From the NCBI GenBank assembly GCA_037305845.1, contig CP147778.1, positions 2,848,001-2,912,000 on the forward strand: a stretch of 64,000 nucleotides of DNA, given 5' to 3'. The DNA comes from Candidatus Freyarchaeum deiterrae. Lineage in GTDB: Archaea > Asgardarchaeota > Jordiarchaeia > Jordiarchaeales > Jordiarchaeaceae. This document shows positions 40,205-50,732 of the stretch, in pieces. A program made the position numbers and the translations under genes. Under the pieces are notes generated by a model that saw only the letters and a list, made by a program, of their open reading frames with translations, did no database searches and was not told the origin of the DNA. Within the stretch, counting starts at the first letter, position 1. The number at the start of each line of letters is the position of its first letter.

Positions 40205-41773
40205 TTAATCGCCAATTTGAAGTGACTCGTTATAGTACTGGTCTGCAATGATTAGATACATTGGCCTTTCCCAATGTCTAAAATTTGCTTTAAGTATTCT
40301 TCCCTGCAAAACTACTTCGTCACCTTTCCCGAAATAACCTATCCTTTCAGAGCGAACCAGAATTTCATCAGGAATTCCTGCAATTCCAATATTTCCTTCT
40401 AATTTCATGACAAAATAAACTTCAGTGGTGGTGTAATCACCCATACCAGGGGTAGAATGGTTTACAATCCTTGATCTTGAGTCTCTCGTAACCAAACCTC
40501 GAATTATACCTTTATATAATATCTGTTTTCTATTCACAAACCTCATATCGCTAAACTGTAGCGATTCATTAAAATAATGGTCAGCGATAATAGCATACAT
40601 TGTCCTGCCCCATCGATTAAGTGGCATTTTGAAGATTTTTCCCTGTAAAATTACTTCATCGCCTTTACCGAAATAGCCAAAGCTGCGAGTTTGGACTAAA
40701 ATTTTATCAGGAATTTCTTCAAAATCTTCTTCTAGTTTCATGACAAAAAGGGTTCTTTCAACAAAAAGCGTCATCTTAACGCCAGGACTTATTACTGATT
40801 CTTTCGCTACTGAACCTCGAATCTTACCTTCATATAATATTTTTTCGTAATCCATTGGTCCTTTATCGCCAATTTGGAGTGATTCATTATAGAAACGATC
40901 TGCATGAATGGCATATGATGGTTTACCCCATCGTCTAAGATTTGCTCCAAATATTCCTCCTTCTAAAATTACTCTATCGCCTATCCCAAAATAACCTACC
41001 TTATCGTAGCGAACCAGAATTTCGTCAGGCCCCCCTACAACATTTTCCTCTAGTTTCATGGCGAAACAAACTCCAGAAGTGACGTAAGTACCAAGTAGAG
41101 GGTTATTATGTACTGCAATTCTTGATTTTGAGTCTCTCCTTACTGAGCCTCGAATAACCCCTCTAAATAATGTTTGCTTTTTCTTCATCGATTGTTCATC
41201 GCCGGCCTGCAGTGATTCATTATAGTAGTGGTCCGCAATGATGGCGTACATTGGCTTATTCCAGTTTCTAAGATTTATTCTAAATATTCTTCCCTGTAAA
41301 GTTACTTTGTCACCTAATCCGAAATAACCAAATTTGGAGGTCTGAACCAGAACCTCGTTGGGGATTCCCTCAAAACCCTCTTCCAACCTCATAACAAACT
41401 TAGCCCCAGAAAAGCCGACATAAGGGATCGGAAGGGGCTCATAAAGATTTGAACCGTTAAAGAAGTTTGAGGTTCCCACCAACGGAGATGGAATCGTATC
41501 TGATTCTCCCGTTACCGAACCTCGCATCATACCCTCATATAATACCCTTACGCCTGTTTCAAGCACGGTAGGCGGACTGGGAGTTGGGATTATTTCGTCA
41601 ACCCTTAGATTCTCATCCTCTTTAATGACTGCTTCTTCCGGAGGGATGCTTTCATCGTAAACGTAATTGGGGTCAATAGGCTCACCGCAACGTGGACAGT
41701 ATAAAGCCCCATTTGGAATCTGGTAGCCATACGAAGCGCAACACCCCTTTTTAGGCTCCCTTTTTTCGCTCAT
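40205..41773 (-). CDS. Zn-ribbon (degenerate, CCASY) + 4x OB-fold-like repeat protein (array 1)
   Basis: CCASYG..CPRCGEP plus four modules. Confidence 0.85.
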   Translation of the reverse strand: MSEKREPKKGCCASYGYQIPNGALYCPRCGEPIDPNYVYDESIPPEEAVIKEDENLRVDEIIPTPSPPTVLETGVRVLYEGMMRGSVTGESDTIPSPLVGTSNFFNGSNLYEPLPIPYVGFSGAKFVMRLEEGFEGIPNEVLVQTSKFGYFGLGDKVTLQGRIFRINLRNWNKPMYAIIADHYYNESLQAGDEQSMKKKQTLFRGVIRGSVRRDSKSRIAVHNNPLLGTYVTSGVCFAMKLEENVVGGPDEILVRYDKVGYFGIGDRVILEGGIFGANLRRWGKPSYAIHADRFYNESLQIGDKGPMDYEKILYEGKIRGSVAKESVISPGVKMTLFVERTLFVMKLEEDFEEIPDKILVQTRSFGYFGKGDEVILQGKIFKMPLNRWGRTMYAIIADHYFNESLQFSDMRFVNRKQILYKGIIRGLVTRDSRSRIVNHSTPGMGDYTTTEVYFVMKLEGNIGIAGIPDEILVRSERIGYFGKGDEVVLQGRILKANFRHWERPMYLIIADQYYNESLQIGD

Positions 41774-41886
41774 CTTTCAACCCTCTATTGTGAATAGTCA
41801 CTAGTTCTATTAATTATTCTTTCGATTAATGCAAAGCACCGTAGAGATGAATAATTTCTCCTTTTTTCAACTGTATCGAAACAAAT
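41774..41886 (-). repeat. Conserved cassette spacer
   Basis: Minus strand CTTTGCATTAATCGAAAGAATAATTAATAGAA...AATAGAGGGTTGAAAG-ATG. Confidence 0.8.
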
Positions 41887-41927
41887 TCAATGGGGATATC
41901 TTCCATCGCCAATTGAAATGATTCATT
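41887..41927 (-). pseudogene. 3'-end remnant of a lost array paralog
   Basis: Minus strand AATGAATCATTTCA-ATTGGCGATGGAAGATATCCCCATTGA resembles the NESLQIGDG...H* tails of 54584 and 56557, with a 1-nt deletion. Confidence 0.7.
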
Positions 41928-41993
41928 AAGACGAGTTAATAAAAAGACGAGGGTATTAATTAAATTGTAAAAACTTGTTTCTTTCCGTGAGTT

Positions 41994-43049
41994 TTATTCG
42001 TATTGTTCTTTGAAGTAGGGAATTATTTTTTTACTCCACAGTTCGTATTGGCTTTTTCGGTGTTTTGTTGGTACCAGAAGTATGCATACGAAGTATTGGT
42101 TTCCTGCTTTGTAGAGTTTATCGAGTCTTTCGATGCAATTTTCCGGAGTACCGTAAATGAAGCGTTCCTCAACGGCTTCAAAGGGTATTTTCTTGGCGAA
42201 ATTCATAACCTTCTTTATTGACTCAGGGCTGTAGGTGAATTTATTAAGTCCGAACTCTTCTGGAATATGTATTCCTTTCTTATTCAGGGTCTGTGGCCAA
42301 AAGGCTGAAAGCATTTTTGCTGGTAATTCTATGGGGTTCGCTCCCTCCTCTTCCTCCTCCTTCTTCGATACGTATGCGTATATGGTATTTGCCTTCGTGA
42401 TTGTTTCAGGGTCTCTACCAATTTTCTTGGCGTGATTTTCTATTTCTTTCCAGAACTTTTTGTACTCGTCTGGAGTCAGTGCCTGAGGTAACCAGCCATC
42501 TCCTAGTTCTGCGGTTATCTCCCTTGTTTTGGGCGAGTTAGCTGCAATCCAGAAGGGTGGGTGTGGCTGTTGAAAAGGCAGGGGGAGCAGAAAAGCGTTT
42601 TTTAGTTTATAGAATTCGCCGTCATAGTTGATTGTGCCGCCGGAGAAAATTTTTTTGACAATTTCTATTGTTTCTCTCATTAGGCTTACTGGTTTATCCC
42701 ACATAATTTCGAAGGGCTTGATAGAAGTAGACTCCCCTGCCCCAATTCCTACTATTAGTCTCCCATTTGAAACGTGGTCTAATGTAACAATACTCTGAGC
42801 TAATGATGCAGGGTGTCTTCTAGCCGCGTTAACAACACTTATCCCCATGTTCAGTTTCGTCCTAGAGGCTATCCCCGCTAACGTTGTAAAAGGCTCCATT
42901 GCATCCCAAACTTTGATTCCGATACCTAACAGGTGATCCCCCACCCAAACAGATTCGAAGCCATTATTATTCGCGTAGGATACGGCATCATAAATATCGG
43001 ATAGAGGCGCATTGGGTAAATGCGCACCAAACTGTGGGGCTGGCGGCAT
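41994..43049 (-). CDS. LLM-class (F420/flavin-dependent) oxidoreductase
   Basis: GFESVWVGDH, RRHPA, LDHVSNGRLIVGIGAGE, LGDGWLP. Confidence 0.9.
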   Translation of the reverse strand: MPPAPQFGAHLPNAPLSDIYDAVSYANNNGFESVWVGDHLLGIGIKVWDAMEPFTTLAGIASRTKLNMGISVVNAARRHPASLAQSIVTLDHVSNGRLIVGIGAGESTSIKPFEIMWDKPVSLMRETIEIVKKIFSGGTINYDGEFYKLKNAFLLPLPFQQPHPPFWIAANSPKTREITAELGDGWLPQALTPDEYKKFWKEIENHAKKIGRDPETITKANTIYAYVSKKEEEEEGANPIELPAKMLSAFWPQTLNKKGIHIPEEFGLNKFTYSPESIKKVMNFAKKIPFEAVEERFIYGTPENCIERLDKLYKAGNQYFVCILLVPTKHRKSQYELWSKKIIPYFKEQYE

Positions 43050-43337
43050 AAATACTACCTGAAAATATTTTTAAAACTACGACTCTCTCTCTTTATAAAT
43101 CTATTTTTAAGTATCTTCTCTCCACAAGAAGGCTCTGTAAAGAAGCGTGAAGATAAGAGATTTTCATAGATGAAGCTCTCGCCTATGGGCGGACATCCAA
43201 AACTGTTACCTTGGGAAATGCAACCAAAAATTAGGATAAGATTCAAATCAGGATTAAATTGCTTAAAGCTAATAATCCACATTGTAATACGTGTGATGGG
43301 CATCAAATCTCAGAGTAAGGGCAGCCAAACTGTTCCC

Positions 43338-43613
43338 TTATTCTCTTATTTTTTTTCTTTTTTTGACTTTATAATAGTCTTCTGAATTTATCACTGCGTA
43401 TCCTTCATTCATCTTCGGTAAAACCTTTATAGTTCCTTTCCTTTTCGTAGGACTACAAGCGCCCACAGTACAGACGTAAACTAGTATTCTGTTCACGTTT
43501 TTTGTTCTGGGATCAAGATATTCCAGAGAGGAAATACTGCAATTCTCACAATCTAAACATGATTTTAACGCGGTTTCCTTTTTTTTACTCGTATCCGTCA
43601 CCTCACTCGCCAA
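43338..43613 (-). CDS. Small Cys-rich hypothetical protein
   Basis: CLDCENC...VCTVGAC, basic C-terminus; TTG start; hairpin just downstream. Confidence 0.45.
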   Translation of the reverse strand: MASEVTDTSKKKETALKSCLDCENCSISSLEYLDPRTKNVNRILVYVCTVGACSPTKRKGTIKVLPKMNEGYAVINSEDYYKVKKRKKIRE

Positions 43614-43884
43614 TTTATCTAATGGCTTCGGGCTAATAATATGTAGTCATTATCGAAGTAAAATGTTTTACGGTGTAATGTAAAATAGGCAATTGTATAG
43701 TAATAGTTAGGTAAGAGAGTAATTCAAGAAGTAGAAAAAATTTTGAAGACCAATCCCATTATGTGCCTTTCATAAACTAGATGAACATCTTGGAAAATGA
43801 AAATGTAGAGTGAAGAAGGCAAGGTACTGTATTCTAGCCATAATAGACATTTTGAACACTTTGCCTTTCAAGATTGGAGGTATA

Positions 43885-44925
43885 TCATAACTCTTTGAAG
43901 TAGGGAATTATCTTATCGCGGTAAATTTCAAACACCTTGTTGGGGTCAGGTCCTCGATTGAGAAAAGCAAAGTGTTTGACTCCCGCCTTAATGAAGGCTT
44001 CTATCTGGTCCATAACTTGGTCTACGGTGCCTATCACATTGAAATCCTGCGGCATACAGTCTGGAACTTTATCAAGGTTTTGAACCAGCTTCATAAGATC
44101 CTCGTTTGAGGGTGTAAACTTTTGAATAACCAACTCTTTCGGTATGTCGATGTTATACTCTTCCTTTAACTTATCTGGGAAAAGCAGAATTCCTCCTTTC
44201 ATGAATTCAACTCTCTTACAGGCGGTCTCAAAGTCGTCGGCAATCGCGGTCATACAATTGTAGCAGATATCAATCTGATCCATGCTTCTGCCGGCTTTCT
44301 TAGCACCCTGCTCTACGTCCTTAATGTGTTTGGCAATCAGATTCGGGGTCTCGTAGAACGGGAACCATCCATCAGCAATCTCTCCGGTAAGAGTTCTGGA
44401 TACTGGTCCATTCCCAGCAATGTAAATCGGAATAGTATCCTGAATGGGTTTAATCTGTAGAAATGCATCCTTAAGTTTGAAGAATTCGCCCCAATAATTC
44501 ACTGTTTTCTCTTTCCAAAGAAGACGCATAACCTCGACGAACTCTCTCATCTTTGAAACCGGTTTACAGGCATCGATGTTGAACATGGCGAAATTCATAG
44601 CCTCACCCGCACCCACACCAAACATCGCCCTACCGTTGGAAACCACATCCAGAGTCGCCAGAATATGCGCCATAACCGCAGGATGCCTACGATGGGGGTC
44701 AGAAACCGCAGTACACAATGTAACCCGGCTGGTGTTCAAAGCCATAGTCGTCAAAAATACAAAGGCATCATAAACCAGGCCTTGGGGAGGAATCGTGGTA
44801 AGGTGATCCGCATACCACAAACTATCAAAACCACACTGCTCAGCCTTCTTAGCACCCTCAATCGCGAGTTCCAACCTATACGTAGGAACAGGAATCGAGA
44901 AACCAAACTTGACTCCCATAGACAT
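43885..44925 (-). CDS. LLM-class (F420/flavin-dependent) oxidoreductase
   Basis: GFDSLWYADH, DPHRRHPA, LDVVSNGRAMFGVGAGE, IADGWFP. Confidence 0.9.
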   Translation of the reverse strand: MSMGVKFGFSIPVPTYRLELAIEGAKKAEQCGFDSLWYADHLTTIPPQGLVYDAFVFLTTMALNTSRVTLCTAVSDPHRRHPAVMAHILATLDVVSNGRAMFGVGAGEAMNFAMFNIDACKPVSKMREFVEVMRLLWKEKTVNYWGEFFKLKDAFLQIKPIQDTIPIYIAGNGPVSRTLTGEIADGWFPFYETPNLIAKHIKDVEQGAKKAGRSMDQIDICYNCMTAIADDFETACKRVEFMKGGILLFPDKLKEEYNIDIPKELVIQKFTPSNEDLMKLVQNLDKVPDCMPQDFNVIGTVDQVMDQIEAFIKAGVKHFAFLNRGPDPNKVFEIYRDKIIPYFKEL

Positions 44926-45028
44926 CTCTCCAAAATCTTAAGGGTATTCCCTCATTAAACGCCCAAATATAAAAATATTCGCACTGCTTACCTTCCTCCC
45001 TTATCTAGGATTGGGCAATTCCCATGAG

Positions 45029-45880
45029 CTACTGGTTTGCTAATTGTTGCTTCTTTTTTTTCCTTTTTTCTTGCTTTTCTGTAACGAACTGTATCACTTT
45101 GTTTGCTAGCTCTGAGCGATCCTTGCTTTTTCTCTTAATTAGACTTGGTGCGAACTCTCGAATGATTTTTAAATGTTCTTTGGGTGGGTAACTTATTTTT
45201 TCGAGTTTCGGTGCTACCTTCAAGTCCCAGGGAACATTCTTCTTTATATCCTCTACCGTTACGCCTGGAACGCAGCCCTTAAGATATAACTCTTTGGTTT
45301 TTTTATCAAATCCGAAAACACCCTGAGAACTTATCAGTAGACTCGGACCTGTTTCCGGTGGAAAGCAAGCTTTCTCTCGCGAATTTCCTCCTGCTAAATA
45401 TCCCGGAGAGGAGCAATAATCAAGCTTCTCCACGAATTCTCCGCCTTTCAGTGTGATTACAGTTTTTTTAGCGAATGCAATGAAATCCGCTGCGCCTCCC
45501 GCGCCCGGAAGCCTCAACTTGAGATTTTCAGAATCTCCTAATATTGTTGAGTTAATGTTACCATACTTGTCCACTTGCGCTGCCCCTAGGAAACATGTGT
45601 CCACGTATCCTCTGAAAAGTATCGTTGAGAAAGTGTCCACCAAATCACAAGCGAAGCTGAAGCCCTTCGTGGTGGTGCTCTCTGCTACGTGAAAGGCTAC
45701 TTTGTAGGGCATAAAATCTATGATTCCCGCTTCAGTCATCAGTATACAGTCTGGTGCATGGGTCATCTTAGCCAACAAACCCGCAGCTAACGGAATACCC
45801 TGACCTAGGAGAACTCGGTCTCCATTTTGGATTTCTTTAGCCGCAAGAGATACTATAAACTCTATAATTTCGCATTCCAT
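45029..45880 (-). CDS. CoA-transferase beta subunit (glutaconate CoA-transferase-like)
   Basis: GQGIP, MTEAG (catalytic Glu), FLGAAQVDKYGNINST, RLPGAGGA. Confidence 0.9.
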   Translation of the reverse strand: MECEIIEFIVSLAAKEIQNGDRVLLGQGIPLAAGLLAKMTHAPDCILMTEAGIIDFMPYKVAFHVAESTTTKGFSFACDLVDTFSTILFRGYVDTCFLGAAQVDKYGNINSTILGDSENLKLRLPGAGGAADFIAFAKKTVITLKGGEFVEKLDYCSSPGYLAGGNSREKACFPPETGPSLLISSQGVFGFDKKTKELYLKGCVPGVTVEDIKKNVPWDLKVAPKLEKISYPPKEHLKIIREFAPSLIKRKSKDRSELANKVIQFVTEKQEKRKKKKQQLANQ

Positions 45881-45958
45881 TTCTCTTCCCTCAAAAAAAT
45901 TTTTGGAAACTTCCTATTACTGTACTTGTTTTATTAAAACATCTCACTCAAATAACTT

Positions 45959-46930
45959 TCATAGAGTATCTTTGGTAAAAGATGAGCCGTAATTGGCAGG
46001 GGCACTATAGTAGGGTTTGGCTTTCAATCTCTGTAAATACTTCAATCCAAACCTTACAATGTACTGTTCAATGTACTCTTCTCTATTCTCCAAATTGTAT
46101 ATCCAATCCTGGATAAATGCTTGCAAACTAGCAGGGTTCGCATCCATAGCAAAGAACATCCCTCTAAATAGGGTATCCTGATCATAGTATCCCTGAACCT
46201 CCGCAGGATGCGCTCCCCACGGTTCTAATACAACCGCATTAACACGAAAACTCGGAATAACCGTGAGATGTGGACTGCTACTAACAATCTCATGATCCAC
46301 TATTTCCTCCGCTGATACAATGATTTTTTTACTAGCCAAACAAGACCACTTGGTGGTTCCTAAAGCTCCCCAGAGCTGGGCGTTACCGTAAACATCTACC
46401 CTCTGAACATGAGTGATAGCCACATCGGGATTAACCCCTGGAACCAGAAGAACTTTATTCCCGGTAAAGGGGCAGTCTATCTCCTTAAACTTATTTTCCC
46501 CCATAAAGCTTCTCTGGTTAAATACATCAGTGCATTTAAGAGTTATAGGAACCTGAGTGAACGTTTGCCCCATAGCGCCAGCCATTAACATGGCCGTAAT
46601 TGAATAATTTGTGTGGTCTTCCACCTCTATCCTCTTTTCCTTCAAAGCTCTATCTAATTCACTTGGGTAATTAGATCCTCCGACCCTGTAGCAATATGCG
46701 GTTACTATCCGCTTCAAACACCCACCGCCGATCAGAATATCAGCCTCATCTATCAATGATGTGCTCCAAAGAGTTAGGTCTCTCTTCTTCTGCCTAACAA
46801 TTTCGTGTATCAGAGCTAGGGGTGATGACTGGAGAAAGTTACCCAAACAGACGCTTTCGCCGTCGCTGATAAATTTCTTAACCGCCTCAGAAGAAGTCAT
46901 TACCTTATCATGAACTTCTTTTTCAGTCAT
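45959..46930 (-). CDS. CoA-transferase alpha subunit
   Basis: EAVKKFISDG, PLALIHEIVRQ, PDVAITHVQRVDVYGN, EPWGAHP; start set at MTEKEV. Confidence 0.9.
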   Translation of the reverse strand: MTEKEVHDKVMTSSEAVKKFISDGESVCLGNFLQSSPLALIHEIVRQKKRDLTLWSTSLIDEADILIGGGCLKRIVTAYCYRVGGSNYPSELDRALKEKRIEVEDHTNYSITAMLMAGAMGQTFTQVPITLKCTDVFNQRSFMGENKFKEIDCPFTGNKVLLVPGVNPDVAITHVQRVDVYGNAQLWGALGTTKWSCLASKKIIVSAEEIVDHEIVSSSPHLTVIPSFRVNAVVLEPWGAHPAEVQGYYDQDTLFRGMFFAMDANPASLQAFIQDWIYNLENREEYIEQYIVRFGLKYLQRLKAKPYYSAPANYGSSFTKDTL

Positions 46931-47186
46931 GAAATTATCTCCAAACCGTATTAAAACAAAAGAGGTTTGCAAAGATAATAAATTTATCCTCGACACTTCG
47001 CAATCTCCTCTGTATAAACTGAACACAGCCATAGATTTTCAATACAGAACAAATTCAAAACCTAATTTACCACCAATCAGATTAACGCGTAGAATGTTTA
47101 CTGGTAACGATTTAATTTTTAAAAGAAATGTTCCATATTTATGTTACAGGAATTTGTTTGTGTGTTTGGTTGGTTGTTTGGTTGGC

Positions 47187-47215
47187 TTTTTTGCATTTAC
47201 CAAAAGGTTTAATAA
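47187..47215 (+). promoter_or_regulatory. Array-type operator/BRE followed by a TATA box, upstream of a membrane protein gene
   Basis: TTTTTTGCATTTACCAAAAG (47187-47206) is identical to 55528-55547; followed by GTTTAATAA. Confidence 0.55.
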
Positions 47216-47302
47216 ACTACAATCATTAGTTTCTATAAACTACATTATGTAGTTTTATCATATTAGCCTCAAAAGCACGAAAAACAAAGAGGAGAATTGA
47301 AT

Positions 47303-48037
47303 ATGGGAAGAGAATACAAAATCGCGCTTATCGGAACCATACTCACCCTAATTTCATTCATCATAATCGGAATAGTGCTAGTAATCGCTTCCGCTGCCTC
47401 CAATTCGACAACTAGTCTACTCGGAATAGCTTACGTCTCCCTAGCTCAAATACCCTTACCCATAATAGGAACACTTCCACTATTACCATATGAAACTATA
47501 CTCGCCATGGCATTAACCGATGTCTCTGTTCGTAGCAGTGTCACTTCTGCATACTTGGTCTTAGGAATTATAGGCTCCCTACCCTTCGCCGTCGGCGGAG
47601 TAATGACTGGATACGGATTCTACGGATTACACAAACAAGAGGAGAGCACACTCAGTCTAATCACATCCATCTTAATGATGGTCGGCTTCGGAGCCCTCGC
47701 GGTCATAGTGCCCCTAGGGCTCCTCCCTCAGACCGAGATTGCCCCTTGGACATTCCTAATCAACAACTACTTCTCAGTACTTGTACCCCTAACACAAACT
47801 ACCATAGGCCGGGGATTTGGCATCGCTGTAGCATTAACGGTATTAATATTCGTAGTTGACTACATTTTACTCGGCGCTACTGAGATTGTGATTCGTGAGA
47901 AGACGCCTAAACGAGACTTGATGATATCAGCAGGCATTCTGACCATCCTTGGTGCAATACTGCCAGTGATCGGATTTGCATTACTTTTTGTAGCCTACGT
48001 ACTGCTTGCCGCAGTTTTCAATGAGTTCAGAAAATAA
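47303..48037 (+). CDS. Multi-pass membrane hypothetical protein (about 6 TM)
   Basis: Multiple hydrophobic helices; GAGGAG RBS; start 47297 or 47303. Confidence 0.75.
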   Translation: MGREYKIALIGTILTLISFIIIGIVLVIASAASNSTTSLLGIAYVSLAQIPLPIIGTLPLLPYETILAMALTDVSVRSSVTSAYLVLGIIGSLPFAVGGVMTGYGFYGLHKQEESTLSLITSILMMVGFGALAVIVPLGLLPQTEIAPWTFLINNYFSVLVPLTQTTIGRGFGIAVALTVLIFVVDYILLGATEIVIREKTPKRDLMISAGILTILGAILPVIGFALLFVAYVLLAAVFNEFRK

Positions 48038-48257
48038 AACACAAACCTTCCCTTTATTTTTTTTAAATCTTTTTAAATTAGAAAATTTGGATTTGGTACT
48101 TTAAGTGAGTTAAGCCAATTAGTACAAATCATACTTAATAAAGTTGGAAAAATTGTCCCAAAATACTTTTTTTAGAATAGGTTAGTGTTGTAGATAACTT
48201 TATAGCTTGTGTAAAAATACTGTTTAATCTTGGAAGCGTTTTTAGTGTCGGGATTTT

Positions 48258-49184
48258 ATGGTTGGTCTGGTTCCAAGAGAGCTTCTTGAGCATCCATCGA
48301 AACTCAAACCTCAAGATATTAATGATGGCTTGGTGAAGGTCGGTTATTTGCCAAACCAGAAGATTGTTACCACTCTTTTTCTTGCTTTTCAGCTCGATAA
48401 ACCAATTCTGGTGGAAGGACCTGCGGGTTGCGGTAAAACCTATCTGGGTGTTTGCACATCGAAACTGTTCGGTTTCCCCTTGATCCGGCTTCAGTGTTAC
48501 GAGGGAATCCTGCCCGAACAGTCAATCTATGAGTGGAACTATCATAAGCAACTCTTGAAGATCCAGATGAACCATCTTAAAGACGATAATGGATGCGAAA
48601 AGTCGATATTCTCCGAGGAGTACCTTCTGGAACGTCCCTTGTTAACAGCTCTAAAATCTCCAGAGGCTGTGCTTCTCATAGACGAGATAGATAAGGCTGA
48701 CGAGCAATTCGAAGCCTTCCTTCTGGAATTGTTGGGAGAGCGGCAGATTACTATTCCTGAGCTGGGAACTGTGAGAGCTCCTGAAAACCAAAAGCTCATT
48801 ACTGTCCTAACTTCGAACAGTTCAAGAGAACTATCTGAACCGCTCAAAAGGCGCTGTCTGCATCTTTACTTAGATTATCCTCCGAAGGAGCTTGAGAAGA
48901 GAATTATTCTGCTTAACTGCCCCCAGATGTACGATGAATTTGTGGATAATATTTTGGATTTTGTAGAGAATCTCAGAAATATGAAACTCCAAAAAACTCC
49001 CTCTATAGCCGAGTCCATAGACTTTGCCAGATCCCTCCTCGCCATAGGAAAGAATGACTTAAACCCTGATACTGTTAACTCTCTTCTGTCAACCCTTCTT
49101 AAGGCTAAAAGCGACGTCGACATGGTGAAGCGAAAGGGCATCGAAAACCTTCTCGGTACTGGGAGTAATGACCAAAAAGGGTAA
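48258..49184 (+). CDS. MoxR-family AAA+ ATPase (CoxD-like)
   Basis: LVEGPAGCGKT, IRLQCYEG, YEWNY, LLIDEIDKAD, TSN..RELSEPLKRRC. Confidence 0.92.
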   Translation: MVGLVPRELLEHPSKLKPQDINDGLVKVGYLPNQKIVTTLFLAFQLDKPILVEGPAGCGKTYLGVCTSKLFGFPLIRLQCYEGILPEQSIYEWNYHKQLLKIQMNHLKDDNGCEKSIFSEEYLLERPLLTALKSPEAVLLIDEIDKADEQFEAFLLELLGERQITIPELGTVRAPENQKLITVLTSNSSRELSEPLKRRCLHLYLDYPPKELEKRIILLNCPQMYDEFVDNILDFVENLRNMKLQKTPSIAESIDFARSLLAIGKNDLNPDTVNSLLSTLLKAKSDVDMVKRKGIENLLGTGSNDQKG

Positions 49185-49195
49185 GGTCTTTAGCG

Positions 49196-50698
49196 ATGAT
49201 TGAGGGCTTTGTAAGGCTTCTCCGAGAAAGAAACATTAGAGTAGGATTAGCGGAAACCATAGACGCCTGCAAAGCTTTTTCACTCTTGGAAGTAGATAAG
49301 GAGACAGTTAGAGAAGGTCTAGCTGCCTGCCTCATAAAAGAAGAAATGGACAGACCGGATTTCGACCACATTTTCAACCTCTATTTCTGCAACCAAATAC
49401 CGGAAAGCAAAAAGCCCCAACAACCAACCCCAACCCCGAAAGAATCTGAACTCACTAAGAGAAGTAGACAGGAACAGGGAACAGAGGGTTTGCGTCAGGA
49501 GGAAGATGCTCAGCAACCCCAGGCTCAGCAACTCGACCAGCAGAGGCAGCAGCAGGGAGTACTGGCAAGGTATGGAGGCATCAAAGGTATAGGAAAGGCA
49601 ATCGACGAGAATGATCTGGAAGGGGCTGCGAATCAACTCTCGGAAAGAATTCTCAGCCAGGCCCGAGACCCCGACGCCTTTGCCAAGCTGCTCAAAAACA
49701 TTATAGAGTACATGAAACTTTATGCGGGTTGGGCGGTGGAAGACACCGCAACTTTTGAGGATTACATGGAGAGAATTAAAGAGGTTCTAAACAAAACCCA
49801 GAGAAAGTACCTCGAATTATTCCGAGAAGAATACCCCCTGGAAGACCTCATCTCCAAGCTTGTGAAACTAGATTATTCGAACATAGAAGAGTTGGACTTC
49901 AACAAGTATGCCGGAGACCTAGTCTTTCTGGTTAACAACGTGGATAAAATAGAGAAGACCATAAAGAAACTGGCACAACAGCTAGCATCCAAGCTTTCAC
50001 GAAGAGAGAAGCTAGCGGATAGGGGCAAGATAAACATCCGCAAATCCATTCGCAAATCCCTGGAATATGGCGGCGTAATGGTGAAGCTGGATTTCAAGAG
50101 GAGGAAGGTTCAAAAACCGGAAATCATGCTGCTCTGCGATGTTTCCGGAAGCTGCGAGTGGATATCCGGATTCTTCATAACCCTGATGCTGGGAATCAAA
50201 AAGGCTTTCAGCGAAGTTAAGGGTTACATCTTCACAGACCACTGCTGGACGGTAACCAAAGCCTTGGAAACGGGCATGGCTGAGAGACTATTCCAAGAAA
50301 TAAGCCACTGGTGGGACCTCTACCGGGGAGGCGCAAGCAGCAACATGGAAACCGCGTTCGAAGACTTCCTTAAGAAAACCCAGAGCGACTTAACCAAGAA
50401 AACCACCATTATAATTCTCAGCGATTGCAGAGACTATCTTGGAAGAAGAGAAGTATACGGCAGCACCAGAGGGCGACCCCGCTCAGCCGAAAAAATAGGC
50501 AAACTGGTAAAAGCGTCAAAAAGACTAATGATTCTTAACCCAGAGGACCCCAAGTTCTGGAATACCGGCGACTCCGTGGTAGACTACTACATTCAGGCAG
50601 GGGCAGAGTGCTACCCCGTTAAAAACCTTCAGGAACTTGCCAACATGGTGATTCTAGCAGCGAAAAAAGACTTAAATCCCTACACCTATACAAAATAA
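49196..50698 (+). CDS. vWA domain protein (CoxE-like)
   Basis: GFVRLLR..., Q-rich linker, INIRKSIR, LCDVSGS MIDAS, IILSD, LNPE. Confidence 0.9.
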   Translation: MIEGFVRLLRERNIRVGLAETIDACKAFSLLEVDKETVREGLAACLIKEEMDRPDFDHIFNLYFCNQIPESKKPQQPTPTPKESELTKRSRQEQGTEGLRQEEDAQQPQAQQLDQQRQQQGVLARYGGIKGIGKAIDENDLEGAANQLSERILSQARDPDAFAKLLKNIIEYMKLYAGWAVEDTATFEDYMERIKEVLNKTQRKYLELFREEYPLEDLISKLVKLDYSNIEELDFNKYAGDLVFLVNNVDKIEKTIKKLAQQLASKLSRREKLADRGKINIRKSIRKSLEYGGVMVKLDFKRRKVQKPEIMLLCDVSGSCEWISGFFITLMLGIKKAFSEVKGYIFTDHCWTVTKALETGMAERLFQEISHWWDLYRGGASSNMETAFEDFLKKTQSDLTKKTTIIILSDCRDYLGRREVYGSTRGRPRSAEKIGKLVKASKRLMILNPEDPKFWNTGDSVVDYYIQAGAECYPVKNLQELANMVILAAKKDLNPYTYTK

Positions 50699-50732
50699 GT
50701 TCAATACTATTTCTCAAAATGGGTGAACTAAT

